Shown piece after piece: positions 29,415-42,475 of a stretch of DNA of 64,000 nucleotides. Location of the stretch: NCBI GenBank assembly GCA_963693365.1, contig CAVNZM010000007.1, positions 1,597,979 through 1,661,978 on the forward strand. Reading direction: 5' to 3'. The translations under genes and the position numbers were made by a program. The notes under the pieces were generated by a model. The model ran no database searches and had not been told where the DNA came from. It worked only from the letters and a program-made list of their open reading frames with translations. The first letter of the stretch is position 1; each line of letters starts with the position of its first letter. The stretch comes from Amoebidium appalachense (lineage: Eukaryota; Protista; Ichthyosporea).

Positions 29415-32213
29415 ATGGCGGGGAGATTAGTAATCGGGTGCGTGTGTGGGCTGGCGGGAATCACTCATGGAGCAGCCGTTAGGCGGCAGGTGCCGGCAAC
29501 TGGTGGTGTCCAGACTCTAAACGGAGTAAATTTTGCCCCTACAAAAACAGCCACTCCCGCGCTTTCTTTCAACACAGGGGTAGTTCAGTTCAACACAGGA
29601 TTTCCACTTGTGACTCCAACACCAACACCAACTTCCACCAAAGATGCTACGAAAAATCACCCCAACCAATGTCGGAGGAAACCTAAACACGACAAGTGCA
29701 GAGATCCTGAACCTAAACGGTACTGCACTGAACTCAACAGGTGTTCTTGGAGGGAAGAACGACACCAACACTACACGTAGGCGCTGTTTTGGGTCAGCAC
29801 AATACGACATCGTAGTCGATTTCGAGTTTCCAGCCGTCCTGCAAGCACTTTTCCAACAAGGAATTTTCTTTGGGCCACTTGTTGTTGTGTCCCATGGAAA
29901 GAAAGGTGCCGTGTGGAAAAATGGAACAATGGCTTCAGACAGCCTCAAGAAATACATTATGACTGGGGCGACGGAGGATCTCCAAGAGCTGGAGATGAGC
30001 GAAAAACCAACAGCACACAGAGTGGTACGAAACCCCTGTCTTAAAAGTTTAAAGACCCTTGTGACGGCCTTAAAACCCCTACATCTCTTCGTGTTGTGTT
30101 CTTGTGGCCTCTGTACTGCTTTGTTGTGGACAGCTGCTGGCGCGGTCACGTGCACACACCTATCACTTCTATGGGGATACTGATAACTCCTCCTCCAACT
30201 CCTTCCCCTTTCTGCGTGGCCGCCTCCCATCCCTCCCTCTGTCCATTGCTTGGTATAGAAAGATGGCCGGAAGCCATTCACACCGACAGGGAGACTCACC
30301 ACACACAGTTTCACGAGTATGATCTAAATAACTTGTACGGCACCGTTGTATAAACAGTTACAATTTACGTACGTGCACATTCTAACAATGATTCCCGACT
30401 AGTACACTTAAGCTTACGCCAGCTAATTTTCGATTACCACACGAAGACGAACCGAGCACCATCATAATCGTTTCTCTTGTCACCGTGTTGTGTAGTCACG
30501 AAGTTTTCATTAAGAAAACTTGCAAGTACTCCAAAGAAAGTAAACAATATGCCTAACCACCTAAAAATGCACACACAGATTGCTTTCGATTCAACCAGAA
30601 GTCTCAACGGCACCGTGGAAGGCAGCATCGAAGTCAACGAAACCTCGTCTCTGTTTTCAGCCCTCAGCCGGCTGCAACCCTCCACTAATTTCTTTGCCGG
30701 TGCATCAGACGCCGAGCTCTGCGACATGAAAAAGGGAACGTGGGAACGGAACCTAACACTCAACATTTACCTTTACGACAGTGGGATAACGGAAATATAC
30801 GCTCCCAGCTTATCATTCGAATCCCCGGTCGCCGGCAGCGGCCCAACGGGAGAAGTGAACAATGTCGTGGATGGTGTTCCTGACGGCGTTGGTTCCTTCG
30901 ACGATACATTCGTCAATCCGGCACAAACAGCCCCTGCGGCAAGCGCCATTACCCCATCGGTCATGTCTGCTCAGAACTTCCCCCCCTCGGGGTCCGTCGC
31001 CGGCTCTCCCGGCCAGTTCATTCCCGCTCCTGCCCAATCGGTGCCCTCCACCCGGCAGAGACGCCAACAGCAGCAGGCGGCGGCCCCTGTCGGAGTTTCT
31101 GTTTTCCCGTCCAACCCCCCGGCTAGTGGTTCCTTCGGGCAGACTGACCCGTCTGCTCAGTCCAACGCCGCGCTGCCTGCAGCCAATGGGGTGACTTTTA
31201 TGCCCCCCGCAACCAATCAGAACCCTTCAAACACCGGGGGGCAGAATAGCGCGGGTAGTACTTTTAACTCTGGGGCGACATCTACCTCTGGTTCTTCGAC
31301 CGCTCCCGTCACCTCTCCCGGTACTAGTAGTAACAATATCATGATGCCGATGGATGGTGGTTTGTCTCCAAGCACCGATAAGCCAATCACGCTCGTTGCA
31401 GGCTCCAAGGACGAAGCATCCTCATTCTATGGCCTTCCAAAGAAAATCATCGTGGGCACCGTTCAGCTCTACCTCACCAAGACATGCGTGTCTTTCCCTC
31501 GCCCCGGTAAGAAAACTGCCAATGAAAAGAAGCCAGCGGGTCCAGGTGATATGTTGCCTCCCTTCCGTGATCCCCCCCGGCTCTCCGTCGGCAACTCACC
31601 CGGTAACACAGCAGCAGAAAACACCACCACCACCACCACCACCACCACCGGCCCCAATTCAGCCCCTCCCATGAGTGTTCTTTCTACCCCGCAACAACCC
31701 GGAGTATCTGCCCAACAACAACCCCAAACTCTGGGTAAACCCCAGGCCCAACCCCAGACTCAACTTCAGGGTGCACCGATCGCACAGCCGGTGGGTGGGA
31801 GTGTTTCGCAAACCGGACCTTTCTCCGGTTCGAACACTATCCCTGCACCTACGTCGTTTAACCCAGCCGGCGCCAACGTCCCCCCTTCCCAACCTCCCAC
31901 GGCCGAAAGCGGCGCCGGACAAACCACAACACAGGTTTCAACCAATAACAAGTCGCAGGTTGTAACGGGATCTACTAGTATGCCTCCGAGCGGCGTGGTG
32001 TCCATGCCATCCAATCAGAATGCCGGATCTGCCGGTGCGATCGGTGGCGCAGCCAATGGAAACACGGTGGTTTCGAGCAATAACCCTATGGGGTTTACGC
32101 CCCAGCCGGTGGCAGGTGGGAATGGACCCAAACAGGCTGCCGCAGCGCCGAAACAGGGGCAGTTTAGGAGTTTTGGTTCTGACCAAATGGTATTTATTGA
32201 TTTCAGAAACTAA
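29415..32213 (+). CDS. Secreted Spondin_N-domain (F-spondin/mindin-like) protein with Ser/Thr/Pro/Gln-rich mucin-like regions; one apparent frameshift
   Basis: Signal-like N-terminus MAGRLVIGCVCGLAGITHG. Exon 1 (29415-30024) needs one A removed from the A5 run at 29652-29656; exon 2 is 30579-32213. Spondin_N-like motifs: CFGSAQYDIVVDFEF, FFGPLVVVSH..VWKNGTMASDSLKKYIMTG, LFSALSRLQPSTNFFAGASDAELCD..GTW..LYDSG and ASSFYG..IVGTVQL..C. Confidence 0.72.
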
Positions 32214-33134
32214 ATTTGCGAATTGAGCTATAATTTGAGTCCTGTAATTTACGTGTATATCTAGGTCATGTAGATACACTGCCTTCTCGTGTTTTGTATA
32301 AGTTCACACTTAATGTGAACTTTGAAAAAATCAACCAACGCGGCTGAGCGTGTACTGTTGCACATTTCAACTTCGGACATAGGGTTAATCAAATATGAAA
32401 TGCATGCACACGTGTGCACTACAGAGAATCCCACATACGGAGTTAATTATAAAGTCATCTGCCCCTTTTCTTCTCTTCCCCCCCCCCCCAGCCTCCCAGC
32501 CTCCTCCTGCCCCCCCCCCTCCGTGGTTTTCGATTATATGTCGTTGTGATCGTGAATTTTGCATGAATTTGGGCATGACTCCCCCCCCCACACACACACA
32601 CACTTTGCCATCTGCTTTTCTGATTCTTAGGAACCTCTCCCTCCTCCCCTCCCTCCCCCTTCCCCCTTTTGGCCAACTGTTACAGGCTTCAGCTCTGCGA
32701 GACTACGCTAGCTAGCATTGTCGATCAGGAAGCTTGAGCTCTCCCCCCCCCCCCTCCCCCCCCCCCCCCCCCCCCCCCCCTTCCCCAACCACACACTCAC
32801 ACACACACGCGCGCGCACCCACACCCCATACCGCTGCCACCACCACTGTGAATTCTAACAATATTAGGCAATCACCAAGCATCCATATAATACTGTGCAT
32901 CAACACTCGCTGCAGAGGTGAGGGGGGGGGGGCAAGGGGGTACTCGCTGCAGGGGGGGGGGGGGGGGGGAAAGGGGGTATGTGAACACTAAATAGTTTAC
33001 CCCGTTATTCATGTGTATGCCAGTGTCGATATACGGTATATATGGGTGCTTGGTGATGCCGCGGGGTCGTCCCTGGAGTTATTCGTTCCTCTCTTCTCTT
33101 CTCTTCTCTTATTCGACGGTTTCGTCAGGATAAA

Positions 33135-33665
33135 GATGAATATTAAATTCCTAAATCCAGAAAATGTCAATTTTGGAGTTTTAGAGGTCTGAAGTCGGAA
33201 TTTATGGACTTAAATAAAATCTTAAAAGGAATTTAACTGATTTATTGCGTATAGTAAGGAATTTAGTACTATGTTAATAGTACATTAGGAGTATAATTTA
33301 ATCCATAAATACAGAAATTGGAATTTTAGCAAATCGTAAAAGGTCATTAATAGAATTAATAAAAGCATTTAAAATTTAATCAACAGGTTTATTAAGCAGA
33401 GTAAGGAATCTAGTACTATATTAATAGTATTATAGGAGTGAAATTAAATCATTCAATAATAGGAAAGAGAAAAGATGTATAACATAAATAAAAGTAAATT
33501 AAATACACAAAGGAATTATAGAGGGATATGAAGATGCCCTGAAACAAAATATGGAACACTTTTATATAGAGACATGTTAATTAGAGAATATATAAAAGGA
33601 ACAATGGAAGTACAAGGGTATAGCGTAGGTGAGATTATAATAATAATAAAAAATGTGTATTATTG
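33135..33665 (+). pseudogene. Probable NUMT (mitochondrial insert) with 5' fragment of rps3
   Basis: Abrupt, very AT-rich island. From ATG 33475, reading TGA as Trp gives MYNINKSKLNTQRNYRGIWRCPETKYGTLLYRDMLIREYIKGTMEVQGYSVGEIII, which resembles the uS3 N-terminus (W..x..Y..LL..D..IR.YI). An internal ~50-bp direct repeat lies at 33253/33400. Confidence 0.6.
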
Positions 33666-33813
33666 TTGGAATTCACTGGTGGTGGTGGCGGAATGGGCGT
33701 GTGTGTGTGTGTGTGTGTCTGTGTGTTTTAAATTTTTTTTTTAATTTTTTTTTTTTTTTTGGGGGGGGGGGGGGGGGAGAAGGAGGAGGGGGAGGTGAGG
33801 GGATGGGGGGATG

Positions 33814-33844
<31 letters not shown>

Positions 33845-34634
33845 AGGGGGTAAAGGGGCTAAGGTTAGTGCCTATGGGGTGTTCCATAGCTGGATTTAAT
33901 TAACCAAACTTTGATGGGGGTTGAGCTGGCTTTCAGGGAAATGAAACAAATAAATAAATAAACAAAAACAACAAGCTCAACGGGTTGGGTGTTGGTCTTG
34001 ATAGCCCCCGGCCATAGCAGTGGATTGTCAATGGCCGCTGGCCGCACCCGGAATCAGAATGGGTGCGGAGGTAATGCTGGGAATTTGTGTGTGTGTGTGT
34101 GTGTGTGTGACTGTGTATGTATGTCACGGGCCCCGGGGAGAGAGTGCTTGAGCTCTGTATTGGATGCCCCCGAAGGTTGTCGGGATGCATCAAGCGGCGG
34201 AAGGGGAAACGGGGTGAATCAGATGTTCCATCACCTGCCTGCGGCTGGGCTTTTTGTGGAGGAGAGGGGTGGGGATGTGGGCGGGGGGGATAGACGGGGG
34301 GAGGGGGGGGGGGGGGGGGAGGCGGGGGGATCGGGGGATCGGGGACTCGGCGGCCCCCGGGGGCAAGAGGGGGGGGGGGGGGGGGGGGGGGTGGGGGGGT
34401 GGGGGGGCTAAACGACGGACTCGGTGTACATGCATATGACTGGGTGGTTGGGGAATGAGTTCACGTATCGTCCTGATGAAACCTGGTCTTTTTTTATTTT
34501 GGTTGGGGGGGGAGGGGGAAGGGGGGGGGGGGGGGGGAGGGGGAGAAGGTGGAGGGAAGGCTCTGTGGCATGTGTACAGTACCGGTTGGGATAGAACAAC
34601 CCTGTGACAAAACTACCCCGAGATAGAACAACCG

Positions 34635-34679
<45 letters not shown>

Positions 34680-35027
34680 AGGAAAAAAAGAAAGGGGAGT
34701 TCGATCCCTGACCTTCCATTTTGTATTTTTTTATCTATTATTTTATTTTGCCAGAAGTGTGCTTTTGCGGCCTTAAGCAAAAACCCACTGCAACTCTTGT
34801 CGTAGATACAGCCTGGCGATTGATGTCGAGCTCCGTGGCATGTATACAGTGTTGTATCACACGACGAATGGGTATATATTATGGGAAGAAAGGGAATTAC
34901 CTTGTGTGTGCATGCCATCGCGGAGATAGCCACTGGTTGGGATATTGTGCTCTTTAGTACCTACACCGAAAACCTGATTGTTTTTCTTTTTCTTTTTCTT
35001 TTTCTTTTTCTTTTTCTTTTTCTTTCT

Positions 35028-35097
<70 letters not shown>

Positions 35098-35640
35098 GGA
35101 GGACTGCACCCCGGTGGGGTGTTCTGAGCAACAACCGGGGAGGAGGGGAGATTTAGCTCCTTTAGATATATACCCACGACGAAACTGGGTGTGTGGGAGG
35201 AAAGGAACCGGTTGGGGAGGAGAGGGGTAGCGTGCCGCGGAAATGGCCCATGATGCACCGTCATGCCGGCACCGTCACATGCGATTTGGGGTCAAAGAAG
35301 CCGCAAAATTAAAGCTTTAACGATTTTTTTTTTTTTTGGAAAAGATGGAGAGGCCTTTAAGGAGGGGAAAATAATCCAATTCCACCTGTCCAAAGCCGAT
35401 CCGATTCAGTGTGTGTCAAGTGTGTCAAAATGTTTACAATTACTTTGAAACATCATGGCAAGTGGACCACAGAGTGACAAGTCGCGTGAGAAGTTCCGTT
35501 GCCCCCCCCCCCCCCCCCCCCCCCCGAATTTTTCCCCGGCCGGGCCTCAACCGCCGTGGCACCGAGAGGATCCGAGTCACAGTACATACATGCAGACACG
35601 ACACATTGTGGCACATACGTGGCACACACCGCATGCTGTG

Positions 35641-35671
<31 letters not shown>

Positions 35672-35694
35672 ACACGCACACACACACACGCACG

Positions 35695-35775
<81 letters not shown>

Positions 35776-36061
35776 ACACTGACACACACACACGAACACA
35801 CGCACGCATGCACACGCATGCACGCACACACAGACACATACTCAATCTGGCACACATAGACCACACACACACACACTGTGACAGACACACACACACACAC
35901 ACACAACACACACACATACACACACACACATACTGTACCGTACACAAGTGTACACACACGCACACACACACACAAACACATACCGTACAAATTAAACCTG
36001 TACATACACATACACACACACACACACACCGTCACACACACACACACACATACAGACACTG

Positions 36062-36095
<34 letters not shown>

Positions 36096-36180
36096 ACACA
36101 TGTCACACAGTGTCACACACACACACAAACACACACACACGTGCACACACACATGTCACACACACACACACACACACAAT

Positions 36181-36226
<46 letters not shown>

Positions 36227-36570
36227 TACACACACACACACACCTTGACACACACGCGGCCGTGTGCGCACATTCTTATCGACCACCGTGACGGAAGAAT
36301 TGAAGTTACGTCTCATATAAAAAAAGCAAATCTGCTTACGTAGTTGGGAAGAAGGAAGGCCTAGGCCTGAAAAGGGGGAGGGGGGGGGGCCCGGGGGGGC
36401 CGGATCATGCACACATGTACAGTGTTCCAGGTGGTTGGTATCATCATGTAAGTTATTGTGGGGGGCCCTCAATTCCAGCACAACAACCATGATCATACTG
36501 TAATCCTCGTACGCGTGTTACCAGCGGGGGTGAGGGTGGGTGGGTGGGTGGGTGCACGTGTAGCTCGAGT

Positions 36571-36612
<42 letters not shown>

Positions 36613-36733
36613 CGAAGAGCGGGGATAAGTTTCCGGGAGGGGGGGGGGGGGGGGGGGGGGGGGGAAGATCAATCACGGGGCCCCGGGGGAGCCTCGGGTC
36701 CGGATTTGGGGAGCCTCAGGGGGGAGAGGGAAA

Positions 36734-36928
36734 GGGGTTTACGCTGTTTACTCGAGGCAAAGAGAACCAGTCTCAGGTATGGGGGGGGGGGTTTTGCTCG
36801 GAATATCCCCTCAGCGGTATATCATGATCACGTACATAGATGTCGGGTGGTGACTATATATCAGGGTTTACTTTCTCTACGAGACACCATAAAGACTACA
36901 AGGAGAAATCAATTAGTTGGGGTTCCCC

Positions 36929-36969
<41 letters not shown>

Positions 36970-37001
36970 GGGCTCCCCTCGGGACACTCGGTATCAGCTG
37001 G

Positions 37002-37054
<53 letters not shown>

Positions 37055-37710
37055 TGTGTGTGTGTGCGCGTGCGCTATAATTTTGTAGTGATGTGTTTCT
37101 CAAGCCAATCAATACATCTAATAAACAGGTCGTAGTTACGCGTGTTTAGTATAAAATCAAGGATGTTGTAATTTACAGGTAGGCTATCTTTCTGGGTGTC
37201 TGTTGTGAATGTGACGTGTGTGTGTTGCGGTATTATGTGGTCTATCAAACTACATTTGGCGATACATGACCGGTTAAACTGGTGTGTGTGTGTGTTGTTT
37301 GGGCATGCAAATGATGCCACCTTATACTTATTAGATCTCCACTGTATAGCACGTGTACAGTAAAAGCGTGGTAATTGATCAATAATACCATCAGCTAGAG
37401 AAAGACCAGTTCTACAGGAAGGTAATATGTATTTAGGTGTTATACACTTGCGAGTGCCATATTTGGCAATATGGTTGAGGCGGTCAGTATATATAAAACG
37501 AGACATAAGGCTTAGTTTTTCAAGGTGTATGCTTTCATCGGGTCTAGTGTCGTGTGGTATCTTTTTCCATTTGTTATATTGCGTGGTTATCTTGTGATTG
37601 TGTACATGTTTAATAAGTAAGTGGCAGTCCAAAGTCACACACACACTATTGCGGGGTTTATTTGTATTTGTGCCCAGGGGAGAAGGGGAGAGAGAGGGGA
37701 GGGAAAGGGA
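36734..37710 (-). mobile_element. Left arm of ~1-kb inverted repeat; contains non-LTR retrotransposon-like C-terminal ORF fragment (37075-37644) with (CA)n tail
   Basis: Reverse-complement near-identity to 45520-46506. The ORF has YILPSCRT..IQWRSNK..ACP..H..FNRSCI..NYNILDFILN..YDLF, resembling the Cys/His C-terminus of LINE-type RT proteins. The stop codon runs almost directly into (CA)n. Confidence 0.65.
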
Positions 37711-38141
37711 GGGGAAGGAATCATTTACTCAACCTGCTGAAAAAGTTCTGGATTGCGTGTTTTTTTCTTTTTTCTTCTTTTGTTCGAACACATGAACAAA
37801 CGAGATGATATGGACTCCGATCACAGTCACTAGTACATACTGGTAGGCACGGAGTCTCGGGAAAAAAAGGATCCGGTATTAAGACTGGACCCCGGCCGCG
37901 GGGGGGGAATGTGCTGAACGACGCGTAGGTGCACACACACTGTGCTGTGATGAGTTGTCGGCACCAAGGCCAACAGCCGCAACAGTACTTCCACCCAACA
38001 AGATATATATACATGTAAAAAAAATGGTGCTACACTCTAAGTTACATCATACAAGTTTTAAGTGGAGATATAACGTATCAGATAGACAGTCATTTATATC
38101 ATATGTGGAGATGGCTTTAATTTTTTATTTTTTTTTTCTTT

Positions 38142-38180
<39 letters not shown>

Positions 38181-38543
38181 CGCCATGTGACTACTCTCTG
38201 ACTCGGATTTCGACGTCGACCTGACAGCTGCAGGCCGAAGCCGGATCCCCGCCATGATAGGTCATGACCTACAAAAAAGAAATGCATTTGCGCCTGTCAC
38301 ATGCTGTACATACCAAGTAAAGCTATTCGTGCTGCAATACCACTCATGATGATACATGCTGTGTCAAAGAAGGGTTTCATGTAGTCTCCACGCTATGTAC
38401 CCACTGGCTTACCTATATTCTTTGCTCCTATTCCTATAAGTGGCCAGGCACTACTAGTACTACACATGTCGCCTGGAGACAGTGCACGTGAATTCATTGA
38501 TTAGCCCCGTTCATGACCCGTTCATAATGGGCCCTATCCATGA

Positions 38544-38592
38544 TGCATGATCCACGGCCATCTAGAGACTCTAGATGGCCGTGTGCATGATC
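38544..38592. mobile_element. 31-bp perfect palindrome flanked by 9-bp direct repeat (micro-MITE or transposon footprint)
   Basis: TGCATGATC-[CACGGCCATCTAGAG A CTCTAGATGGCCGTG]-TGCATGATC. Confidence 0.75.
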
Positions 38593-39222
38593 ATAAAGGC
38601 AACTGATGAGCAATCATTGAACATTGCCAAGTAATGGGATTAGCTTATTATCACGCACTTGCAATGACCGCAATCCTACCCAAAAGCTCCCAACATTGTC
38701 GTTTTATTTAGTTCCCCTTGGGGAGAGCAATACGATCAAAATATAGGATTGGCCAACAACCTGCCTTATCTTTTTTTATGCACACCCGGAGTTACTCCAA
38801 GTTACGTATATTAGAAAGGCCCTACATACACTGTAATGCGCTGTGCACGCACGCCCCGAGGGCCCCAGCCCTATTGGTCCACTGCCAGAACGTCAACGGC
38901 AAAACGGGCTGGTGGCCGAAATATGATTGGGCACACCGTGATGCGCATCCTACCAAATACGGCGCTCTATCCAAGGAACAGCCACTTTGCCGCGTTTTAT
39001 CATGTGCAGTGGTGCATACAACTCTAAGATCATACAATGCCCCTACATAGGTTGTACAGTAGTGGGCCGTCACATTGAAACCGTTGTCAAACCCAAGCTT
39101 GGTTACCGATGAAAGTACTTGCATATGCTGCAAGGCTTGAAGCTTTCCATATGCTGATATGCACTGTCAGGGAGAGCCCAGCCCGTTCTTCTTCGTCTGT
39201 TAGATCTATTATCTTTGTTGCC

Positions 39223-40734
39223 ATGGTGAAGGCAAGCTCAGCCTACCGCGTGTATATGCATATTCCTACTTTTTTTTATTGACTATACTTTACGTACATA
39301 CACATGATGTATAGTATACCTACATGTATAAAATCATGTGTGCAAGTTTAAGTATTGGAATCCTGTGTTGCAATGATGATGTGATGAGACACGAACTAAT
39401 GTTTCGGTTTAGCAGCTAGACGTGCCCCACCTTGATGCACCGATCATGAGTAAACACAAAGAAATGCTCTCGGGTAGGCCCGAGTGTGATGAGGATGTAG
39501 CATCCAAATGTTTAGAAAGTAAGGATACGAAGACAAGCAAAGCAAATGCAAACTTAGGCATCACTACTTTGTCTCCAACGGACAACAACAATGATGACGG
39601 TGGGGAAAGTTCTTCTTTTCATGTTCAACCACTCAGCTTCAACAGTGGACCTTCACAATGCAAGAGCGACGAAAAGTTGTCGAAAGATATACATATATCA
39701 TCCACACACACGTTCAGAAGTGATACATGCGTAGTTACAGCTCTAAATACAGACACGCGTACAGAAAAACAAGAGAACGGAAACACGGATCCTGTGGGAC
39801 ATGCACAACAGCACTTTGGTAACGTATACCAACGCACTACACTTGTTATATTCTTCATAGTTTTCGGTTTTCTAATTGCAATGGAAGGGACACTGCTCTA
39901 CCTCGTCTATATAGCGGCACCTATGGCTCCTTGGGTACGCTTCCAGTATGCATATGAAGATCTTAGAGATGAGTACACCGCACTCGAAAAGACGGATTAT
40001 TTCGTGGATAGCTCTACAGTGATGGCGAGACAACAATTAAGGTAAGCACACTTCTACTAGTGCAGACTGGGCTAGCATCACACGTGGTTCAACATACTAG
40101 CATACACGCGCATGCACACACCGTGGCATGCACACACACACACACAGAGAGAGAGGATCACGGGTTTGCACGGCACCATACAGATCCACACACATATGCA
40201 CACCGTATGAGACACTGATTAGTGTGTGTGTGTGTGTGTGTGCATGTATGTGTGTGTTTTATGGGTGCTGTGTAAGTATGTGCACGTGTGTTGCGTGTGT
40301 GCTTGCGTGTACACGTGGGAGCATCGGTGTGTGGGTGTACACGTGTGTGCGTTCCCACGTCTGCGTACAAATATATACCTGTGTGTATATGGGTGTGAGT
40401 GTGTCAGTGTGTGTGTGTGTGTGTGACGCTTGATGGGTGTAGGTGTGTGAGTGTGTGGGCGTGTGCACAGATGCACTTCATACGGACATAGCATAATACA
40501 ACCGGTTGCCATTATTGTGATACACACCTGGAACACAAACGTACAGATCTCACATACACACAAGAACCGCCTGCCCCTATGTACCGGCAATGCTGGAGTA
40601 TAAAACCTGGGCTAAGTATGCACTAGTAGCTAGACTTGGTAATGGTGTGTTAAATTAACTAATTGCACTATCAGCACCCTACTAGGGCACTGTCGGTGCT
40701 GTGTGGAAGACGGTAGTTCCTTCGAGGGCCCCCT

Positions 40735-40765
<31 letters not shown>

Positions 40766-41563
40766 CCGGGGACAAAAAGGGATAATTTTTTTGAAAAAAA
40801 AAAAAAAAAAAAGAAAGCAGATACACAACACATGTACAAAAATTAACCCGATTTTTGCTCCCCCAGCAAATACTACATCGCCGGAGAGAACTTCAACAAT
40901 GTGCTTCAGATAGCCTATGCAGAAGGGCAGGTTGTCAAGATATACGAATTTATCTGGTATTCTATCACACTAGTTTTCGTTGTATGTCTCATGCTTGCAG
41001 CCTACAAACACCGCAATCATCCTAATGTCAGGTCACGCGGACATCAATTTCTTGCATTTTCCCTGTGTTCCGGTCTTCTACTTGTAGTTTCCACCGGCAT
41101 AACCAGTTCAAATTACTTGATGTTATGGCCCATGTTCAAATATCCAGACGCCCAGAATCCGGATAACTTTACCACAATCACGAAAATTCGCTTCAACTAT
41201 CTACATGCCCTAATCATAAACATTTCTTCTGGCTGCTTTTTCCTCGCCTGTTTTCTTTGGTCGATGATCATGCGTCAACGTATGATATCTTACATTTTCA
41301 ATCACTGTCTGCGCCGTCGGAAAAATTTGGAATACTTTGAACCTTTACCTATTGGAATTTTCTTGTCTATTGTGATGGCAACACCATACATATGGTGGTA
41401 TTTTGCGTGGGAGATGGATCCGAGGAAAACGGCGGAAAGTTGTGTTGGCACGATTATTTTGGGCATAAGTATGTCGGCTGCGTTTAGTTACTACACGTGG
41501 AGGAGCCGAAAGGCTCATCTCAAGGTATGGACTGTGTACACATAGGTGTTCCCTTTTTCTTTT

Positions 41564-41594
<31 letters not shown>

Positions 41595-41623
41595 GTGGGT
41601 GTGTACGTTTGGGTGTGTTTGGG

Positions 41624-41663
<40 letters not shown>

Positions 41664-42140
41664 TCGAGGAGTGACGGACGTGTATCATTTTCTTGTTTCT
41701 TGTTCAGACCTTATCGTTTTACGCATTGAAACATAGAGACATGAAAAATATACAATATTGATGCATGCATACATGATGTGTCTGTTTATACAGGCACGGT
41801 CGTTTACAAAATGTAAGCACGATATGGGCAAAGACAAACGCAGACACACAGGCACCTGTATCTTTTTGCACACACATACGCACACACACACACATACACA
41901 CACAATAGGCTAGGGCCAAAACTCGCATAATCTTTATACATAAATGTCGTCTTATCCCTGTATATTCGAAATCGACCATGCGATTTGAAGGTTCAAACGA
42001 GCTGCTGTTACCATATTTAGTAACCCATATGTAGTAGACTTACATTCCCTCAAATTTTCCCCCTCTCAGTCCCTGCACCCCTCGACCCTTCACACAAACC
42101 CACTCAGCATCAATGCGTATGCATGTGTGCAACACATACG

Positions 42141-42210
<70 letters not shown>

Positions 42211-42313
42211 TAAACAGTTTTCAGACTGGCACAGCAACGTCCGTACGATCGTGGGAATCCTTTTCCCGTCACTGGGTTTGTTATTATTCTGTATGACATG
42301 GGGGATGAACACG
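39223..42313 (+). CDS. Multipass membrane protein, GPCR-like (7TM); 3' end unresolved
   Basis: Exons 39223-39231 (putative, GC donor), 39413-40041, 40867-41524 and 42218->=42313 splice in phase. There are at least seven hydrophobic helices and an RNHPNVRSRG loop after a TM, as seen in family-C-like/7TM-RGS-type receptors. The last exon may read on to the stop at 42475 or splice to the strong acceptor at 47330. Confidence 0.65.
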
Positions 42314-42475
42314 GTAATCGCCCATGCATGCTGTTATTCTTCGCTAGGACGCTTGGCAGTTAATCTATATTTTACAGATCAGTTAGTTGGGGTTCTCGTT
42401 CAGGCTAAGTATGCAGACCTTATCCCACCACTCACTCAGAGAAGTGTATCAATGGCTCTTACGAAATTTATGTAG

